Assembly: GCA_964016885.1 (NCBI GenBank)
Contig: OZ024744.1
Location: forward strand, 34,596,001-34,660,000
DNA length: 64,000 nucleotides
Direction: 5' to 3'
Source of the DNA: Eledone cirrhosa
Taxonomy: Eukaryota
The notes under the pieces were generated by a model, which was not told the origin of the DNA, made no database searches, and saw only the letters and a program-made list of their open reading frames with translations. Of the stretch, positions 40,971 to 57,552 are shown piece after piece (positions within the stretch are counted from its first letter, which is position 1; every line of letters starts with the position of its first letter). The position numbers and the translations under genes are program-made.

Positions 40971-41031
40971 TTAGTAAATTTGCCAGGAAAATTCTTTAGA
41001 ATCTAAAGAATTTTCCCGGCAAATTTACTGA
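40971..41031. repeat. Imperfect palindrome (about 29-bp arms)
   Basis: ttagtaaatttgccaggaaaattctttag-aat-ctaaagaattttcccggcaaatttactga. Confidence 0.85.
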
Positions 41032-41443
41032 ATTCTTTTATATGAGATAATCAGCCAAATAGCTCTAGGTGTTACTGAGTTAAATGTAGACTGCTGCAAA
41101 TAATTGATAATTTCCCCTGGAGGGCCACTTTAGGAAATGATATCAATAATTGAACACTTGCTAAGCCGTACTATAAGCGACGAAAGTGTATCAGTTAATT
41201 TTCTGAGTTAAGAAGTGGTTGGGGCTAACGTTTTGTATGTAAACCATACTAGAAATACATACCAATGTACATTGAGCATGTTAAACATAAACATTTATGA
41301 TAAACTTACCATCTTTGATCAGTGTGAATGGTTCATAGCCCACCCAATATATTTGTGTGTGTGTGTATGTGCGTGTCTGTGTGTGTGGGTGCGTGTGTGT
41401 GTGTGTGTGTGTGTGTGCGCGTGTGTGCGTGTGTGTATGTGTG

Positions 41444-41509
<66 letters not shown>

Positions 41510-41625
41510 ACTGGTGCCTTGAGAAAGCAACAACAAAATTCAGCTCGGAGCATAGCAATGAATAAAGTAAGCTTTATTTCAACTTTATATCTTTATGTTT
41601 ATCTGTTTTTTCTGTTCAAATTCTA

Positions 41626-41684
41626 GCTGTCTGATGAGGTCATAGCTGTTGCATAACAGTTATCACCAAAATATATATAACAGC
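41626..41684 (+). ncRNA. Hammerhead ribozyme with G12A substitution (family B)
   Basis: gctgt CTGATGA ggtcatagctgtt-gcat-aacagttatcacc AAAA t-atat-a TA acagc. Confidence 0.65.
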
Positions 41685-41741
41685 GACTATGAATAAACGA
41701 AGTTAATTGTAACCTGTTGACTTATAGTCTTATAATTCATG

Positions 41742-41810
<69 letters not shown>

Positions 41811-42304
41811 TGCTGCTTTTGTAAACTTTATTACATATCACAATTTGTTTCCATATCGATCAGTTCGGGTTTGATCATATGATTGGACCCCGACTCTTAA
41901 TCAACACTTCAGATGTGCAAGTTTACATGGGTGGTCCCAGCCAAGCTGTTGACATATGAACCGTCTTCGTTTTATATACATGTTATTGAATGATGGTGGG
42001 TGGGAGACGGGAGTGAATAGTGGTTTCCAATATGACAGAAGTGATGAATTGAAAAGAATTGTAATTGGGATGGGCATACAATTTTCTTTATCAATATCAA
42101 AATTGGGAAGAATGAAAGGGAAGAAGTTGGGGGGGGGGGGTAGAAGCAGCTGTTAGGTGGTCAGCAGGAATTCGACGGTCAGCCAGTATAATGACGACAA
42201 GAATGACAGGAGGCACAAAGGTCTGAAAGGACTGGAATCCACTCATGAATACACCGCAGAAGGCAACAGCCGAGGAGTGAACAACAGCCTAAAATCTGGA
42301 AAAC

Positions 42305-42790
42305 TTGGAAAACAGCTTGGAAAACTGCCGTACCACCAGATCACAAAAGCACAACATTGCGAAAACACATATCCACGTGGAGCGCATTCCTCCAAATAAC
42401 ATCAACCCAGAATTCCCGGTCACTCCCTTAACTGGCGCAGATGGCCACCTCTGCACTCATGATGACGGCAACGGCGACGAGCGAAACGGCCCACATGGTA
42501 ATCAAATTAATAGCACTAACAGCACCAACACACCAATCACACAACAGTCACGAAAAAATTGGACAAGGTCAAGACATGTGACCTGGTACAACATGCCATT
42601 TTCCAGACACGTAAAGACTAACACCCAGGCGGCATTTTTCAGGGCATTGGATGATTCGTTTCCACCCAAACACAGGTACTACAAGATATTTAACTGGCAC
42701 ACGGTGAAGTTTTCATACTCAACAACACCCAATCTGGAACAAAAAATAGCCTCTATAAACACCAGGAAAATAAGGACCTCAACCAACGAG
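42305..42790 (+). pseudogene. Penelope-like fragment (thumb/linker region)
   Basis: RSRHVTWYNMPFSRHVKTN...FPPKHRYYKIFN..TVKFSYSTTPNL matches the regions from 35786 and 32790 onward. Confidence 0.8.
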
Positions 42791-43008
42791 TTTCTGTGTG
42801 GTCACTCCTCGTGAAATAGCAGTGAAATATCCCTTGAACTACAACCCCACCTTGTTAAAAAGAAAGAATCGTATTGGATAATGCAGCTTCTATGTATATC
42901 AATGTTGGAAAACAATAGATGCCTGATCATGACTGAAATGCTTTTCATCATAGATCTAATCAATCATGGCTGACATATGACAAAACAACAACAACAACAA
43001 CAACAACA

Positions 43009-43059
<51 letters not shown>

Positions 43060-43261
43060 GCTACTATATCATAATCGCAGTCGACAAGCCAACCAAGATT
43101 TATATATAGCAACTAAAACTCCTTCAGATCTTACCCAACCATGTTAAAAAATAATGTAATGCCACGCACAACCGAAAAAATGACGAGACAGACACAGCTG
43201 GAGCACTTTTGATTACATGTCTACTTAATCCAAACTATCCTTGGACTAAAATAATACAATG

Positions 43262-43430
43262 GACCTCCGTTGGTTTTGACTATAAATATTCCAGTTGTGC
43301 GGTCAACAGAACGGTCTTTAAATTATCACGTGACTGACTGAGTATTCCGCAGTCCACGTGTACACTTAATGTAATTCTCAGATAGATTCAGTTTGGTACA
43401 GTCTGTGACAAAGCTGTACCTTTGAATTAC
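43262..43430 (+). mobile_element. Interspersed repeat (SINE-like family 2); reverse-orientation copy at 50430-50570
   Basis: Shared gagtattc..cag.cac.tgtac.cttaatgtaatt.tcag.gagattcag...tgacaaagc. Confidence 0.55.
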
Positions 43431-44221
43431 AGGTACAATCTACCCGAGGAGCTTTCAGACAGTTTTTAACTATCTAATTTCAATCACGACTCGAGGCTAT
43501 GGGGGGAAAAAAATAATAATAAATAAATAAATAAAACAAAACAAAACAAAAACAAGATACTTGCCCAAGATTCCACGCAGCCTGCAACTTCTTGATTGCG
43601 AAGCAAACTTCTTAACCACTCGGCAAATTTACGCCTATGCCCCTAAAAAAACAAAAAAAAAACAATTGCAATCTATTTTGTGTACATTGTGAAACTAGCT
43701 GGTCGAATACGCAATAAACTGACCAATTATACTTCGAATTATGTGATCCACTTTAGAAAAGTGTTTAGCCATAATTTCCACTGGTGACACTTGTCAGCTA
43801 TTTTTAAAACATCCCAAAACTGATGAGCTTCATTCTAATTGGATGTTTCTATTTCTTTTGCAATGAGAAGAACCTGCTGGAAGATCTATTTTCTTGTTAT
43901 AAGACACACGATATTAATTTTCCACTTAATATTTATTCAAATACTGTTACATTTCAGCTGTAATATATTTATACGTTTAATATTCACATACAACTGTTTA
44001 CATCTGACTGAGCCCCATCGTTGCAAACTAAGTTTGTATTCTACTTCAAATGTCAAAGCACCAAGAAAGCTGTTTAACTACCAATTTGAAAATTGACCAT
44101 TTGGTTAACTATTACTTTTATGAGTAGTTTAATTATCAGTAAAGAAAAAAGGACTAGACATTCTATTCATATTTTTAGTAACAATTCTATATAAAATGAC
44201 TTGCTATTCGACACTAGTTAA

Positions 44222-44492
44222 TAACTTTGCCTTTCATCCTTACGGGGTCGATAAAATAAAGTACCAGTAATGTACTGGATACTTTGCTGGCCTTGTGCCA
44301 AATGTAGAAACAATTATATCAGTGACGGTAGGGCATTGGACAACATGATTTGTGACACGTAGTTAAGGCCTTTTACGTTCTGAGTTCAAATTCCGCCGAG
44401 ATTAGTTTGCCTTTCACCCATACAGGGTCGATTTAATCGACTTTCTCTTCTCCCAAAACTGTTGACCTTATGCCTAAATCAGAAACAGTTAT
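44222..44492 (+). mobile_element. Two tandem SINE copies
   Basis: ttgcctttcatccttacggggtcgataaaataaagtaccag and gagttcaaattccgccgag..ttgcctttcacc. Confidence 0.75.
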
Positions 44493-47088
44493 ATATTGGC
44501 TAATATTCGATATTCGATAATAACTGAATGGCAAATCTAATTAAACAGTTTCACTATTCTACACAATGACTAACTTTTCTTTGGTATTTAAGTTTAGTAA
44601 AGATTGGGTAATGGTAATAGACGATAGCATGACCAACCCAGCGAGTAGTTTGAAGTAGAAATAAATGTACTAGAAATGACATTTTGCTTCTTGAGCAAAT
44701 GGTTCTGGGAAATCAGCACATTCAACTATTCTCATTGTGTCACTGTCATGCGGCAACGAGAGAATCTCTATGTGGTCACAGAGCCTGATAGAAATATCAG
44801 CTAAATGTCCCTCAAATCACACCAAACCATTATTTAATCCTTGATACTACACTATGTTTGAATCAAAGTGGATTAGTCATAGCTGGAACGTCTTTGATCA
44901 TAGGACTGTTTGAGTAGAGCAGATATGTGACTAAATAATGACGATAGTCTCATTGTATGAACATTTCTCTCTAGCTATTAAGAGCGACTGAATTTACTTA
45001 ATAAATGCAAGTTAACTACACGTTCGTTAAAGAGTCTTCCAGTTAGTAATATCACTATACTTACACATTGTACCAATTGATAGTCTTCTTGATTGAATCG
45101 GCAAGAAATATCTGTCTGTCAGTTGCAGCATTTGTACATCTATAATTTCCATAAATAATGATTATTGGAAACAAACTGTAGACCATCGCCAAAACTTCAA
45201 AAGAAGAGTCGGAAGTGGGCGAAAGTTTACTATATAAAGTTGCTTTAAAAAGAATATTCCATCTATGTGATTAACTCCGTTAGTTTCTACGGAAACAGAA
45301 CAGGATCTAATAGATGTCTCGATCAAAGGTTACAATAACTATGAAATAAATTTAGTGCTGAAACTTGTAATAACATTGTTCTTAGGATTTTAACGAATAT
45401 CAAATTGAATAAAAATAGCTTAAGACATTTAATTAGAAGATAGAAAAATTGTTCCAATGTCTTTTTAGAGTTCAGGAAATAATAATTCCTTGAGGCATAA
45501 GAAGAAAGAAAATATAATCATAGAAATAAACACTTTAACATCTGTTTTTCATACAAACATTCGTTAAATGTATCTGCTGTATGGAATGTCACTAGTCATC
45601 TCAGAGTTATGATATATAGCTGGCATCGCCTTATTTGCTCCATCTATCTAGTCTGTGTGGTACACCTGATGATTAACCAGTCGATATCAAGAAGGCTAAC
45701 ACACCAAGCTTTCATTTTCCATCCATATCTGAACGACGCAGTGGAGTTTCTCATTATACATTCCTCAAACTGGTCTTATACTTTGGAAAACAATGTTTGA
45801 AGTTGTCTTCACACATACTGATATAACATTTATTGGGTTTCAAATTACCCACTTGGAATGCTACAATAGCTTAGTGAATAATTGCTTTGCTTAAGGATTC
45901 ATCGTTAAGAGTGGCGTGGATATGTTTCCTTTGTTCGGCATTGAGATTAGGGACCTTGGGTATTATTTTGATTGGTTCTTCGGAGCTTGATCAATATATT
46001 GTTAGACATATTCTTTGTACAGATGAAGCTGACAATGACGTTCATTTTATTAAACAACATATATATATATGCATGTATCTGTATATATGTATATATATAT
46101 GTGTGTGTGTGTGCGCGCGCGCACGTGCGTGTGCGTGTGGAATACATAAATATGTATGTATATATATATATAATACATATGTAGTGAAACCTGGACATAT
46201 TTTTCCCACGGTGGTTTTCTTAGCCTGCCACACACGACACCAAAAGACTGACCTGTGACCTCAGAGCCACAAACATAGATAATTCTCTTGTAAAAGGCTC
46301 ACAGCACCATATTGTTCGAAAACAATGACAGTTCTAAAGACCTTCTGTTTAATGTTTCTGAGCAACCTAATTCTAATATATACAAGGATTTCGATCCTCA
46401 GGGTCTGGTTTTTTACTCTGCCACAGCTTGTGTGGTCAATCTCGCAATTTAGCCACACACACATACACACACACACACACACGATAATCAAACCTGCTAG
46501 GATCGGTACTAGTTGAATTTGCTACGAATACAGGTTACTGAATTTACTATTTTAGAATTCATTCGCACATATAACACACTACAACTATACATGCATCTTT
46601 TTCAGTTGTTTACTGCTGCACATAATTTTGAAATAAACTGTTATAAGTGCAAGCATTAAAATTGGTGGTATCTTTTTCATTTGTTTATTCTTATCCGTGT
46701 TATTTAGGAAAACCAAGTTCCTCGCGGTAATATCATTTCACACCACAAGTGTGTACAATTGCTTGTTTCCTCGAACATGGTAAAACTTATCTCGACTCTC
46801 TGAGGCACACTTCACTCAATCATCTGCATACAAGAGGTCTCTTATGATAGAGGTAAATACTACATGCATATATACATATATACATACATAGATGCATACA
46901 TAGATACATACATGCATACACGCATACATACATAGATACATACCTACACACATGCATTCACACATTCATACAACATACATATATACATATATACACATAC
47001 AAACATACGTACATGTATAATTGCATACATACATGCATACATACACACACATGCACACACACACACACACATACACACACACACACAC

Positions 47089-47170
<82 letters not shown>

Positions 47171-47214
47171 AAGTTAAATAAAAGTCAAATGATTAAAATT
47201 TAGCTTCGTTTATT

Positions 47215-47269
47215 ACTGCTATATATATTTCAGTGACAGCCATCTTTGGCTGTGACCTCTTCAGGCAGT
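47215..47269 (-). ncRNA. Hammerhead ribozyme (family B, intact core)
   Basis: Minus strand: actgc CTGAAGA ggtcacagcca-aaga-tggctgtcact GAAA t-atat-a TA gcagt. Confidence 0.85.
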
Positions 47270-47428
47270 TTGAATTAGTATGGTATAGACAAGTACATAT
47301 GTTGTTTAGGTGTATGATATTGTCAATACTCTGATATGCCCAGTTCCTTGTTGGGTTGTTAATTCACTGGGGAACTGGAGTCATATCTTCGAGGTGTTGG
47401 TATACAACCAACATAAACTCAAAATCTA

Positions 47429-47493
<65 letters not shown>

Positions 47494-48047
47494 CTATCTA
47501 TGTATCTACTTATACATAATTGTGTGTCTATGTGTGAGTGTGTGTATGTATATATATGTGTGTATTCCCGCATGCATATATATATTTGTATATTCATATA
47601 TACAATTCTGCATGCATACATACACTAAATATTGTGTTGTTCACAACAGATTTGAAGGTTTAAAGCACAATCTTAAATGTTTTTTTACTGTTTTTCTTCT
47701 GAATTAATCAGACGTACCCCAGCCTAGATCAGTAACTGGTGTTTTCTTCTGTTATAAATAAAAGAAGCTTATGTTTCTCACCAACTTAGTCTTATTCAGA
47801 TCAGATAGCCAAATATAATATATAGTTTACAGCACGAGGATTTTCGTTTTTATGACCTTGGATAACATTTATCATAACACCGATAGTATTGCATTGTATG
47901 GTCTCCTAACTCCTAATAGAGTCGTTTCTCGTGCATTTTAAGCCTGGTGGAGTCCATCCCTCTTCAGGCCTGAGTACAGCAGATTTCTTCCAGAAAAAGA
48001 TAGAAAGTGAGAGAGAGGAAATGAGAAAGAGATATAGAGGAAGAATC

Positions 48048-48192
48048 GACTCCAGTACTAGACTGGTACTTTTTTATCGACCCCGAAAGGATGAAAGGAA
48101 AAATTGAACTCGGCAGGATTTGAACTCAGAGAGCAGAGAGTCGGAACGAATATCATTCTATCCGACGTTCTAATGACTCTGCCAATTTGTTG
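48048..48192 (-). mobile_element. SINE copy
   Basis: ctggtact...tatcgaccccgaaaggatgaaagg...ggatttgaactcag. Confidence 0.75.
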
Positions 48193-48219
48193 CCATACAA
48201 CAACACCTATACCGATATT

Positions 48220-48960
48220 TATCATGAGGCAGGTGGCACTTAATGGGGTGTCAAACATCGCAGAAAGTTTGTTAAATGTATGGTTTGATTACAGAAAAGT
48301 ATTTGATTTTGTTCTCATTTACTGATGTTGCTGCCCACGACAAAATGTAACCGATTACTTAATCGTTGTCATCAAAAGGGCTTTCAAATGCCTGGTTGAT
48401 AATTCTCACATTGATGACTGAAAGCAGAACAATTATTTCCAATATTATAAATATTTTAATGACAATACTCCAAGAAGATAATCTCCCTAAGGTTTCTGTT
48501 TATTTTGGCATTAAATCTTCTATCATTTCCTACATGGAATCCAGTGGTTATGTGCTAGAGTCTATCGAAGCAAAAGATACCTGCGTAACCCATAATTTCT
48601 TTGTGGATAATCTAAAGATCTATAGTAAAAATGTTTTCAATGCTGAGGAACAGGTCGAATTAATAGCAACTTCTCCAGCTGATATAGGGAAGGAATCTCT
48701 GCCAACATTTTTTTTATATTTGCTAAGTATACACAGAAGAATTGTTTGCCAAACCCCAAAATTTTGCATCATTGGCAAAATTACACCATACAAAAGTATT
48801 GTTAACAAAGATAGGGTGCCCAAAGAATATTATACCAGCCCTTTGAAAAATATGACATTTGTGATTTTCCTCCTAAAATAAGACAATATTCTACAATGTA
48901 TTTCCACTACCAGTACTGATACCAGTAATTGAGATATTTGACAGATATTTGGGTTTAGGA
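48220..48960 (+). pseudogene. Highly decayed R4-like RT fragment
   Basis: VWFDYRKVFDFV, ILQEDNL (compare GIFQGDSL), THNFFVDNLKIY (compare H..F.DDLKLY). Confidence 0.6.
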
Positions 48961-49759
48961 CAGATTTTAACAGTTAAAAGAAAATAGAATAGAGAAAGGA
49001 GCGGTGGTTGGGATCTTCGCAGACATTCTGGGACCGATAAGATTGATACTGTTAACGTTACACTTAAATTGTACCAAGTCGATGAAAAAATATGCACAGG
49101 AGTGAAACTCCGTAAGGACGATGTTCTTGGAAGGAAGTAACACGCACAGTGCTTATCGTTTGTCAACGTAGAGTTTCACTTGTTTCCTCGAATTCTACTG
49201 TTTTACTTTTGTATATATCAAGTAGTTATTATATATCTCAGAGAGAACAAATAATAAACTCTGTTAAGGTTAAAACGTAGCAAATAATGATATCGTGACA
49301 ATTTGCATGTGTAACATACATTTTAACAATATTATAGCATGACAGGCCTTGACCACAGTTTCATTTTTGTTTATCATGTCCGAACGAGTATCTTCCACCT
49401 CCAACTAACTTACTCTCCGCCTCTGGGTCCCGGCCGACAGGATGGAAAATACGTTAAGACACTTTTCCTGCTATTTCAAGCGTTAAACTAATATATTTCT
49501 TCAAGGTACAGCGTTATTTGCTTTAATATTTCTGTTTGTTTTTTACATACATAAGGAGAATACATTGTCTCTGATGACGGCGAGGAAGACGCGTTAGAAC
49601 AGCCACTGTGCAGAGTTTCGCTAACCCGGCATTTTGGGGACATGGGTATTGTCAGATTATAAAATATGGCAGTTTATTGGAACTCAACATAAAAAGAAAA
49701 TTGCCTAAATAAGAATTTTAACAAAGTTGTCAAATATGGAATTGTATTATTCAGTAACG

Positions 49760-49980
49760 CAGGACGGTGGATTGACAGTATCGGTAGAGGGTCGGACGCC
49801 ATGCTTTGTAAAATAGAGTTACGGCCCTTTACATTCTAAGTTCAAATCTCGCCGAGGTTAACTTTGCCTTTCATCCTTACGGGATCGATAAAATAAAGTA
49901 CCAGTCACGCACTAGAGTCGATATAATCGACTTTCCCCTCCCCCAATATTGCTGGCCTTGTGCCTGTATAAGAAACCATT
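49760..49980 (+). mobile_element. SINE copy
   Basis: A/B-box-like head, then the core ttgcctttcatccttacgggatcgataaaataaagtaccag. Confidence 0.75.
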
Positions 49981-51006
49981 ATTCAGTAACGTCAATATCT
50001 TCTGGCGCCTTTTAACAAGACAAAATGAGCCTACGAATACCATATCGTATAATAAAGTTTCTAAACCGCATAACAGAAGACACGCAAACCTTAGCAACTC
50101 TCATATATTTGAAGAATTACTTGGCCTTATAAAAACACATTGAAATCGATATAGATTCATATCGCTATAGGCTAAACCAACTATATAACATTGATTCTAT
50201 TTCTGAAAGCATTTTGATATTTGTCGCTTACCAAGATTTTTGTATGTCTTACACACACATATATAGTATTAACAGATCTTTTGTGTGTGTGTGAGTTTGT
50301 TCGTATGTGAGTACGTGTGTGTGTGTACTTGTGTGTGTGTGTGTGTACGGACGCAGCAGGCTAACCCATCAGTGAACGTAGGTAGACAGAAATTATCTGG
50401 AAGTCTATTGGATGGACATGTAATTTAAAGGACCCGCTTTGTCATTCACTGTGTTATGCTGAATCTCGCTGAAAATTACATTAAGAGTACATGTGTCTGT
50501 TGAATACCCAGGCATTTACATGCTAATTTCATTGACCCAACAACTGAAACACTCACCGTCGAAACGGGCAGATATACATCGTGTGCGTGTTTGTGTGTGT
50601 GTTTGTGAGTGTGTTTTTCAAGGACCTATCATATAATCACACAAGATAGTGTTCAGGTACATATAACTGCTTTGAGTAAAAGGTTAGCAAGTATCTAGTA
50701 AAGTTCTAACTCAAATACTTATATTTAACTGACTTTCACCTCTTTTCGGGCGCAGTATTATTTCAAATTTGTTGTACAATGTTAGAGTTGCACGCTTTCT
50801 TTTCACGAATTTCCAAAACTTTGCTATACGTATGACGATACGGTGGTTTCTCTTCTTTAACTTTGGAAGCAATCTTCATGAACAATATATATATATTTAT
50901 ATATATATATCCAAAATTAAATTAAGGGTTGTCATGTCTGAGAGTCATGCGCCATATCCACTGTAGAATAAGCTCAACGATTCCAATGAATAGATCCGAG
51001 CATTTT

Positions 51007-51102
51007 ATATCAACTAGAAATAGATTGACATATATATATTATTCCCTGTGATTGTTCCATATGTTTATTTTATATATATATATATGTCAATCTATTTCTA
51101 GT

Positions 51103-51108
<6 letters not shown>
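51007..51108. repeat. Fold-back inverted repeat
   Basis: tatatcaactagaaatagattgacatata / tatatgtcaatctatttctagttgatata. Confidence 0.85.
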
Positions 51109-51157
<49 letters not shown>

Positions 51158-51269
51158 CTTGATCACGTTGACCGACCAGTCTGTCGGGCGCCAATCGGCG
51201 CCGCTGGTCACAGCACGTCGTGCTGTTTTAGCCATAAGATAACGACGCCATCCCACTGGCTTGGCGGGC

Positions 51270-51301
<32 letters not shown>

Positions 51302-51305
<4 letters not shown>

Positions 51306-51486
51306 GTTTCTACTTTTAGCACAAGGCCAGCAATTACCCAGTGCATTACTGGTACTTTATTTTATCGACACCGTAAGGATGAAAGGCAAAGTTAACCTCA
51401 ACGGGATTTGAACTCAGACTGTAAAGGGACGTAACTATTCTGGAAAGCAAGGCGTCCGACCCTCTACCGATACTGCCAATTCACCG
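51302..51486 (-). mobile_element. SINE copy
   Basis: Near-identical to 23070-23253. Confidence 0.8.
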
Positions 51487-51854
51487 TATAATGCAAATTA
51501 GACGTATTTTAAATTGAAGCTATATTCATTACTCCATTCTTTCAACGGAGTTACTATGGTTAATGTTGCTTAGTTTCGCTGTCACACTATCCTTCACTTA
51601 TATTCTGAAACCAAATAACGAAAAAAATATTAATTCTGGCGTGGCGCCGGAGATAAAATAATTGTTTCTAATGATACTAATGAAAGAGAAGCTGATTGGC
51701 TTGGGGAAGATGGAGACAATGCTATAGTAGAGAAAGGTACGTGTGTGCCTACAGCTTTGTGTGATGATGTATATGTATCTGTATGTATGTCTCTGTGTGT
51801 ATGTGTGTGTGTGTGTGTGTATGTATGTTTGTGTGTGAGTGTACAAAGATGACA

Positions 51855-51898
<44 letters not shown>

Positions 51899-52003
51899 CG
51901 TGTCTGTGTGTGCGTATGCGCGTGTGTGTGTGTGTATGTATGTATGTATGTTTGCGTGTGAGTGTACAGAGATGACAGATGTATATATATATATATATAT
52001 ATA

Positions 52004-52055
<52 letters not shown>

Positions 52056-52107
52056 TGTGCAGGGGAAATAGTAGGACAAAAAGTGCAAGAGCAGATAGAT
52101 GCATATA

Positions 52108-52154
<47 letters not shown>

Positions 52155-52867
52155 TTTGGTATCCCTGAAATATGTATAATGAAATAAATATGGTTTTATA
52201 AATATAGTTTCCATTTATTAATATCGTATATTTACTCCAAATACTTGTCGAGTGCTTTATATCAGTTATAAAAATATTTACTTGTTGTATCCCAACAATT
52301 TTAAATAGAACTTTTGCATATATATATATATTATTTCTGAAGACAGTATATATATGTGTAGGTATGTATATTCCCTCTGATAGTTTGTAACAATTTTACA
52401 TAGATCTATATGATATACATACCAACACACACATATATATCCTAGAAACGATCGTAAAATGATGAATTTTTTAATATAAGGAACTGTTTCTTTGTTTTTA
52501 TTCATTGTTTTTATTAATTTATCTTGACTCTGTTTTCCTGTGATTTTCATCGAAAACATTTTTTGAATACATCTTCTCTTTTCATGATATTTGGATTACA
52601 TTGAGTTCTTCATACGGATTGGATACTACCGTACATTTAGGTAGATTTATCTACATATGCGTCTTTGTGTAGAGAGAGGGGGGAAGGAAGAGAAGAGAGA
52701 GAGAGAGGGGGGTATGTGTACATTTCTGTGTGTGTATGAGTGTGCATGTGTGTATGTTCATTTATGTATGTATACGTGCGGGTATGTTTATATAACTGTG
52801 TGCGTGTGTGTCTCCTTGTGTATGTATGTGTGTGTGTGTGATTGTGTGTGTGTATGTGTGTGTGTGA

Positions 52868-52946
<79 letters not shown>

Positions 52947-53087
52947 GGTAAAGAGAAAGAACCAATCCAGTTCCATTTCAAACATCGCATATTCACGTCG
53001 TTCCACGTATGTTCACGAATGATTTTTTCCCAAAAAATATTACATATCCCTTCTGCCTAACGGCATATAATATATGTATATATGTGT

Positions 53088-53131
<44 letters not shown>

Positions 53132-53599
53132 TTGTGTGTATGTATATAAATATGTATATATATATATGTATATATATATGTGAGTGTATATATATATGAG
53201 TATGTGTGAGTGTGTTTGTGTGAGTGTATGTATGTGCGTGTGTGTGTGTTTGTGTGCGTGAGTGTGAGTGTGTGTGTGTGTGTGAGTGTGTGCATGTGTG
53301 TGTGTGTGTGTGTGTGTAATTGTAGACACCTGGCCATTTTTTCAGACCTCACCAATTAATACACATTGTTTGTTTGGAATAGATGAACCTTAAAAATTAG
53401 GAGTGCTTCTCAATGTGTTTGTGTTCGTCTATAGGTACTTGGCGTGAATTTACTTCTGCCTTTGTCTTCTCTAAATGTAGTTTTTAAAGAAGCACCTTTC
53501 TTTAAATCCATCAATCAATGACCTCCACCCATCCCAATCACCACCCTCTCCTACCACCAGAAAATGTATAAAAACCACCATATTACATTGACAGTCGAC

Positions 53600-53725
53600 T
53601 TTCCTGATGATTTCTCCCGAATGAAACAGGTCTAGTCCTGTAGAAGCCATTTCTATATTAAGTATTTATACTCTGCTATGTATTGAGTAACTTACTTACT
53701 GTGGTTACCCTCGATTGAACCCGCG

Positions 53726-53726
<1 letters not shown>
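53600..53726 (+). mobile_element. Family A element, single arm with hammerhead-like core
   Basis: CTGATGA tttctcccgaat GAAAC aggtctaGTC plus the same tail as 27720-27810. Confidence 0.7.
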
Positions 53727-53792
<66 letters not shown>

Positions 53793-53974
53793 CATACCCC
53801 CACCCCATCCACACCCCCCCTCTTTCGATGTAAAGTTATGTTGGTACCACAACATCCAGTCCTAAATAAATGAGGTCGTGTAGGTGTCGTGTAGGTGTCA
53901 CCACAAAAAAACACACAGTCCACGCTGTAATGTGGCCGTGTAGGTAACACGATAAAAACCTCCCAGTCCACACT

Positions 53975-54132
53975 GTAAATGTGGTTGATGTTAGGAAGGG
54001 CATCCAGTCGTAGAAAACCTGCCAGACAGTCCTATACGAGCAGGACAACCAATCTTGCCTCAAGTGGGAAAATTCCCGTCCATATCCCATGCTAGCGTAG
54101 AAGATGGCCGTTAAACGATGATGATGATGATT
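53975..54132 (+). mobile_element. SINE/RTE-type 3' end with (GAT)n tail
   Basis: gttaggaagggcatccagtcgtagaaaacc...gttaaacgatgatgatgatga. Confidence 0.55.
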
Positions 54133-54432
54133 TCCTACCTATAGTTGCTCGCACATTGCTCGGTTTGTTGTTGTTCTTTCGCTGTTTTTTTACTGTTTTC
54201 TCTTTTCTTCCTTTTTGCTTTCCTTCCCTCCCTCCCTTCTCCGTTTTCCCAATAACTTATCCAGTTATTGACGCTCTGGGGTGAGAAATATCCTAGACCC
54301 CCAGTAGTCAACTGATGAGGAACCCCCCCCCCCCCCCCCCTTCGTTCTTGCTTTCTTCGTATTCCCACTGCATTTTAAGTTACAATATATATATATATAC
54401 ATATATATATATAATAAACAACAGAACATAAT

Positions 54433-54491
54433 TATTCTATTACCAAAGGTTTCAAGAAACTAGACGTCCGACTCGTTCGTCAGATGAAATA
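54433..54491 (-). ncRNA. Degenerate hammerhead motif
   Basis: Minus strand: tatttcat CTGACGA (weak stem II) GAA acc-ttt-ggt A atagaata. Confidence 0.5.
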
Positions 54492-54570
54492 GTTAATCTT
54501 TATAATTAAATATTTATGTACTATACATAGAACACTCTTCTTCCCTTTACTTTTTCTACGGAAATACTTA

Positions 54571-54604
<34 letters not shown>

Positions 54605-54606
54605 GA

Positions 54607-54754
<148 letters not shown>

Positions 54755-54884
54755 ATAAGTATATGCATATATATGTAATAGGAAAATGTTCAAGACCCCG
54801 ACTGCAGATTTCAAGCCATTTCGACGGTTATTTCTGAACTCTGACCCTCAACCGATACTGCCAAATAATAGTATTTATACTTAT

Positions 54885-56916
<2,032 letters not shown>

Positions 56917-57021
56917 ATGTGTGTGTATGCGCAAACAGAGACAGAAGCAAGACTAAATGAATAAATAAATAAATAAAATAAAATTGCGTAGACATTACAA
57001 TACAACGCGAGAAAACAAAAT

Positions 57022-57068
57022 AGTACCACTGAAGATGTCACAGATCTGTGACGAAAGACTTTGATATT
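57022..57068 (+). ncRNA. Degenerate hammerhead motif
   Basis: agtacca CTGAAGA t-gtcaca-gatc-tgtgac GAAA gactt tgatatt. Confidence 0.45.
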
Positions 57069-57271
57069 TATATCTGTATTTTTAACCTTTGGTCAATCAA
57101 TGATAAACATTGATTGCCAGATAAATTAACTATGGAGATATAAAAGATACAGAAGCGAAAACCAACCCAAACCAAATTGTGAGTGTGTTCTGTTATTATT
57201 TCTTCTGGCAATATTATAACAATATGACCCTCCCCAAGTATAACAATATAAGTATATGTATATATATATAA

Positions 57272-57516
57272 AGTGACACAGATGAGACTGAGGTTAGCTG
57301 GACATGCTCACCGACATCCAGTGTTGACATTGCACTCAGTACTCCTTTGGGATCCCCTACATGGACACAGTAGAAGAGGAAGACCAAGGTTAACGTATGT
57401 TGATGCCCTAAGGACAGACACTGGTCTGTTGGAGATGCAGGACATGGCAGCGATAATGAGGGACAGAGACCGCTGGAGAGAACTCGTCCATGGATCTCGG
57501 GAATTTTACCAGCCTT

Positions 57517-57518
<2 letters not shown>
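57272..57518 (+). mobile_element. RTE-X-like LINE 3' end
   Basis: RLRLAGHAHRHP...LLWDP.HG..RRGRP..TY.D.L..DTG...MRDRDRWR. Confidence 0.8.

Positions 57519-57552
<34 letters not shown>

Noticed and set aside
41830-41885. Minus-strand gaaacaa(a)ttgtgatatg, also at about 32032-32065
   Set aside because: Stem-III-like, but no properly placed CUGANGA and a GUG triplet.
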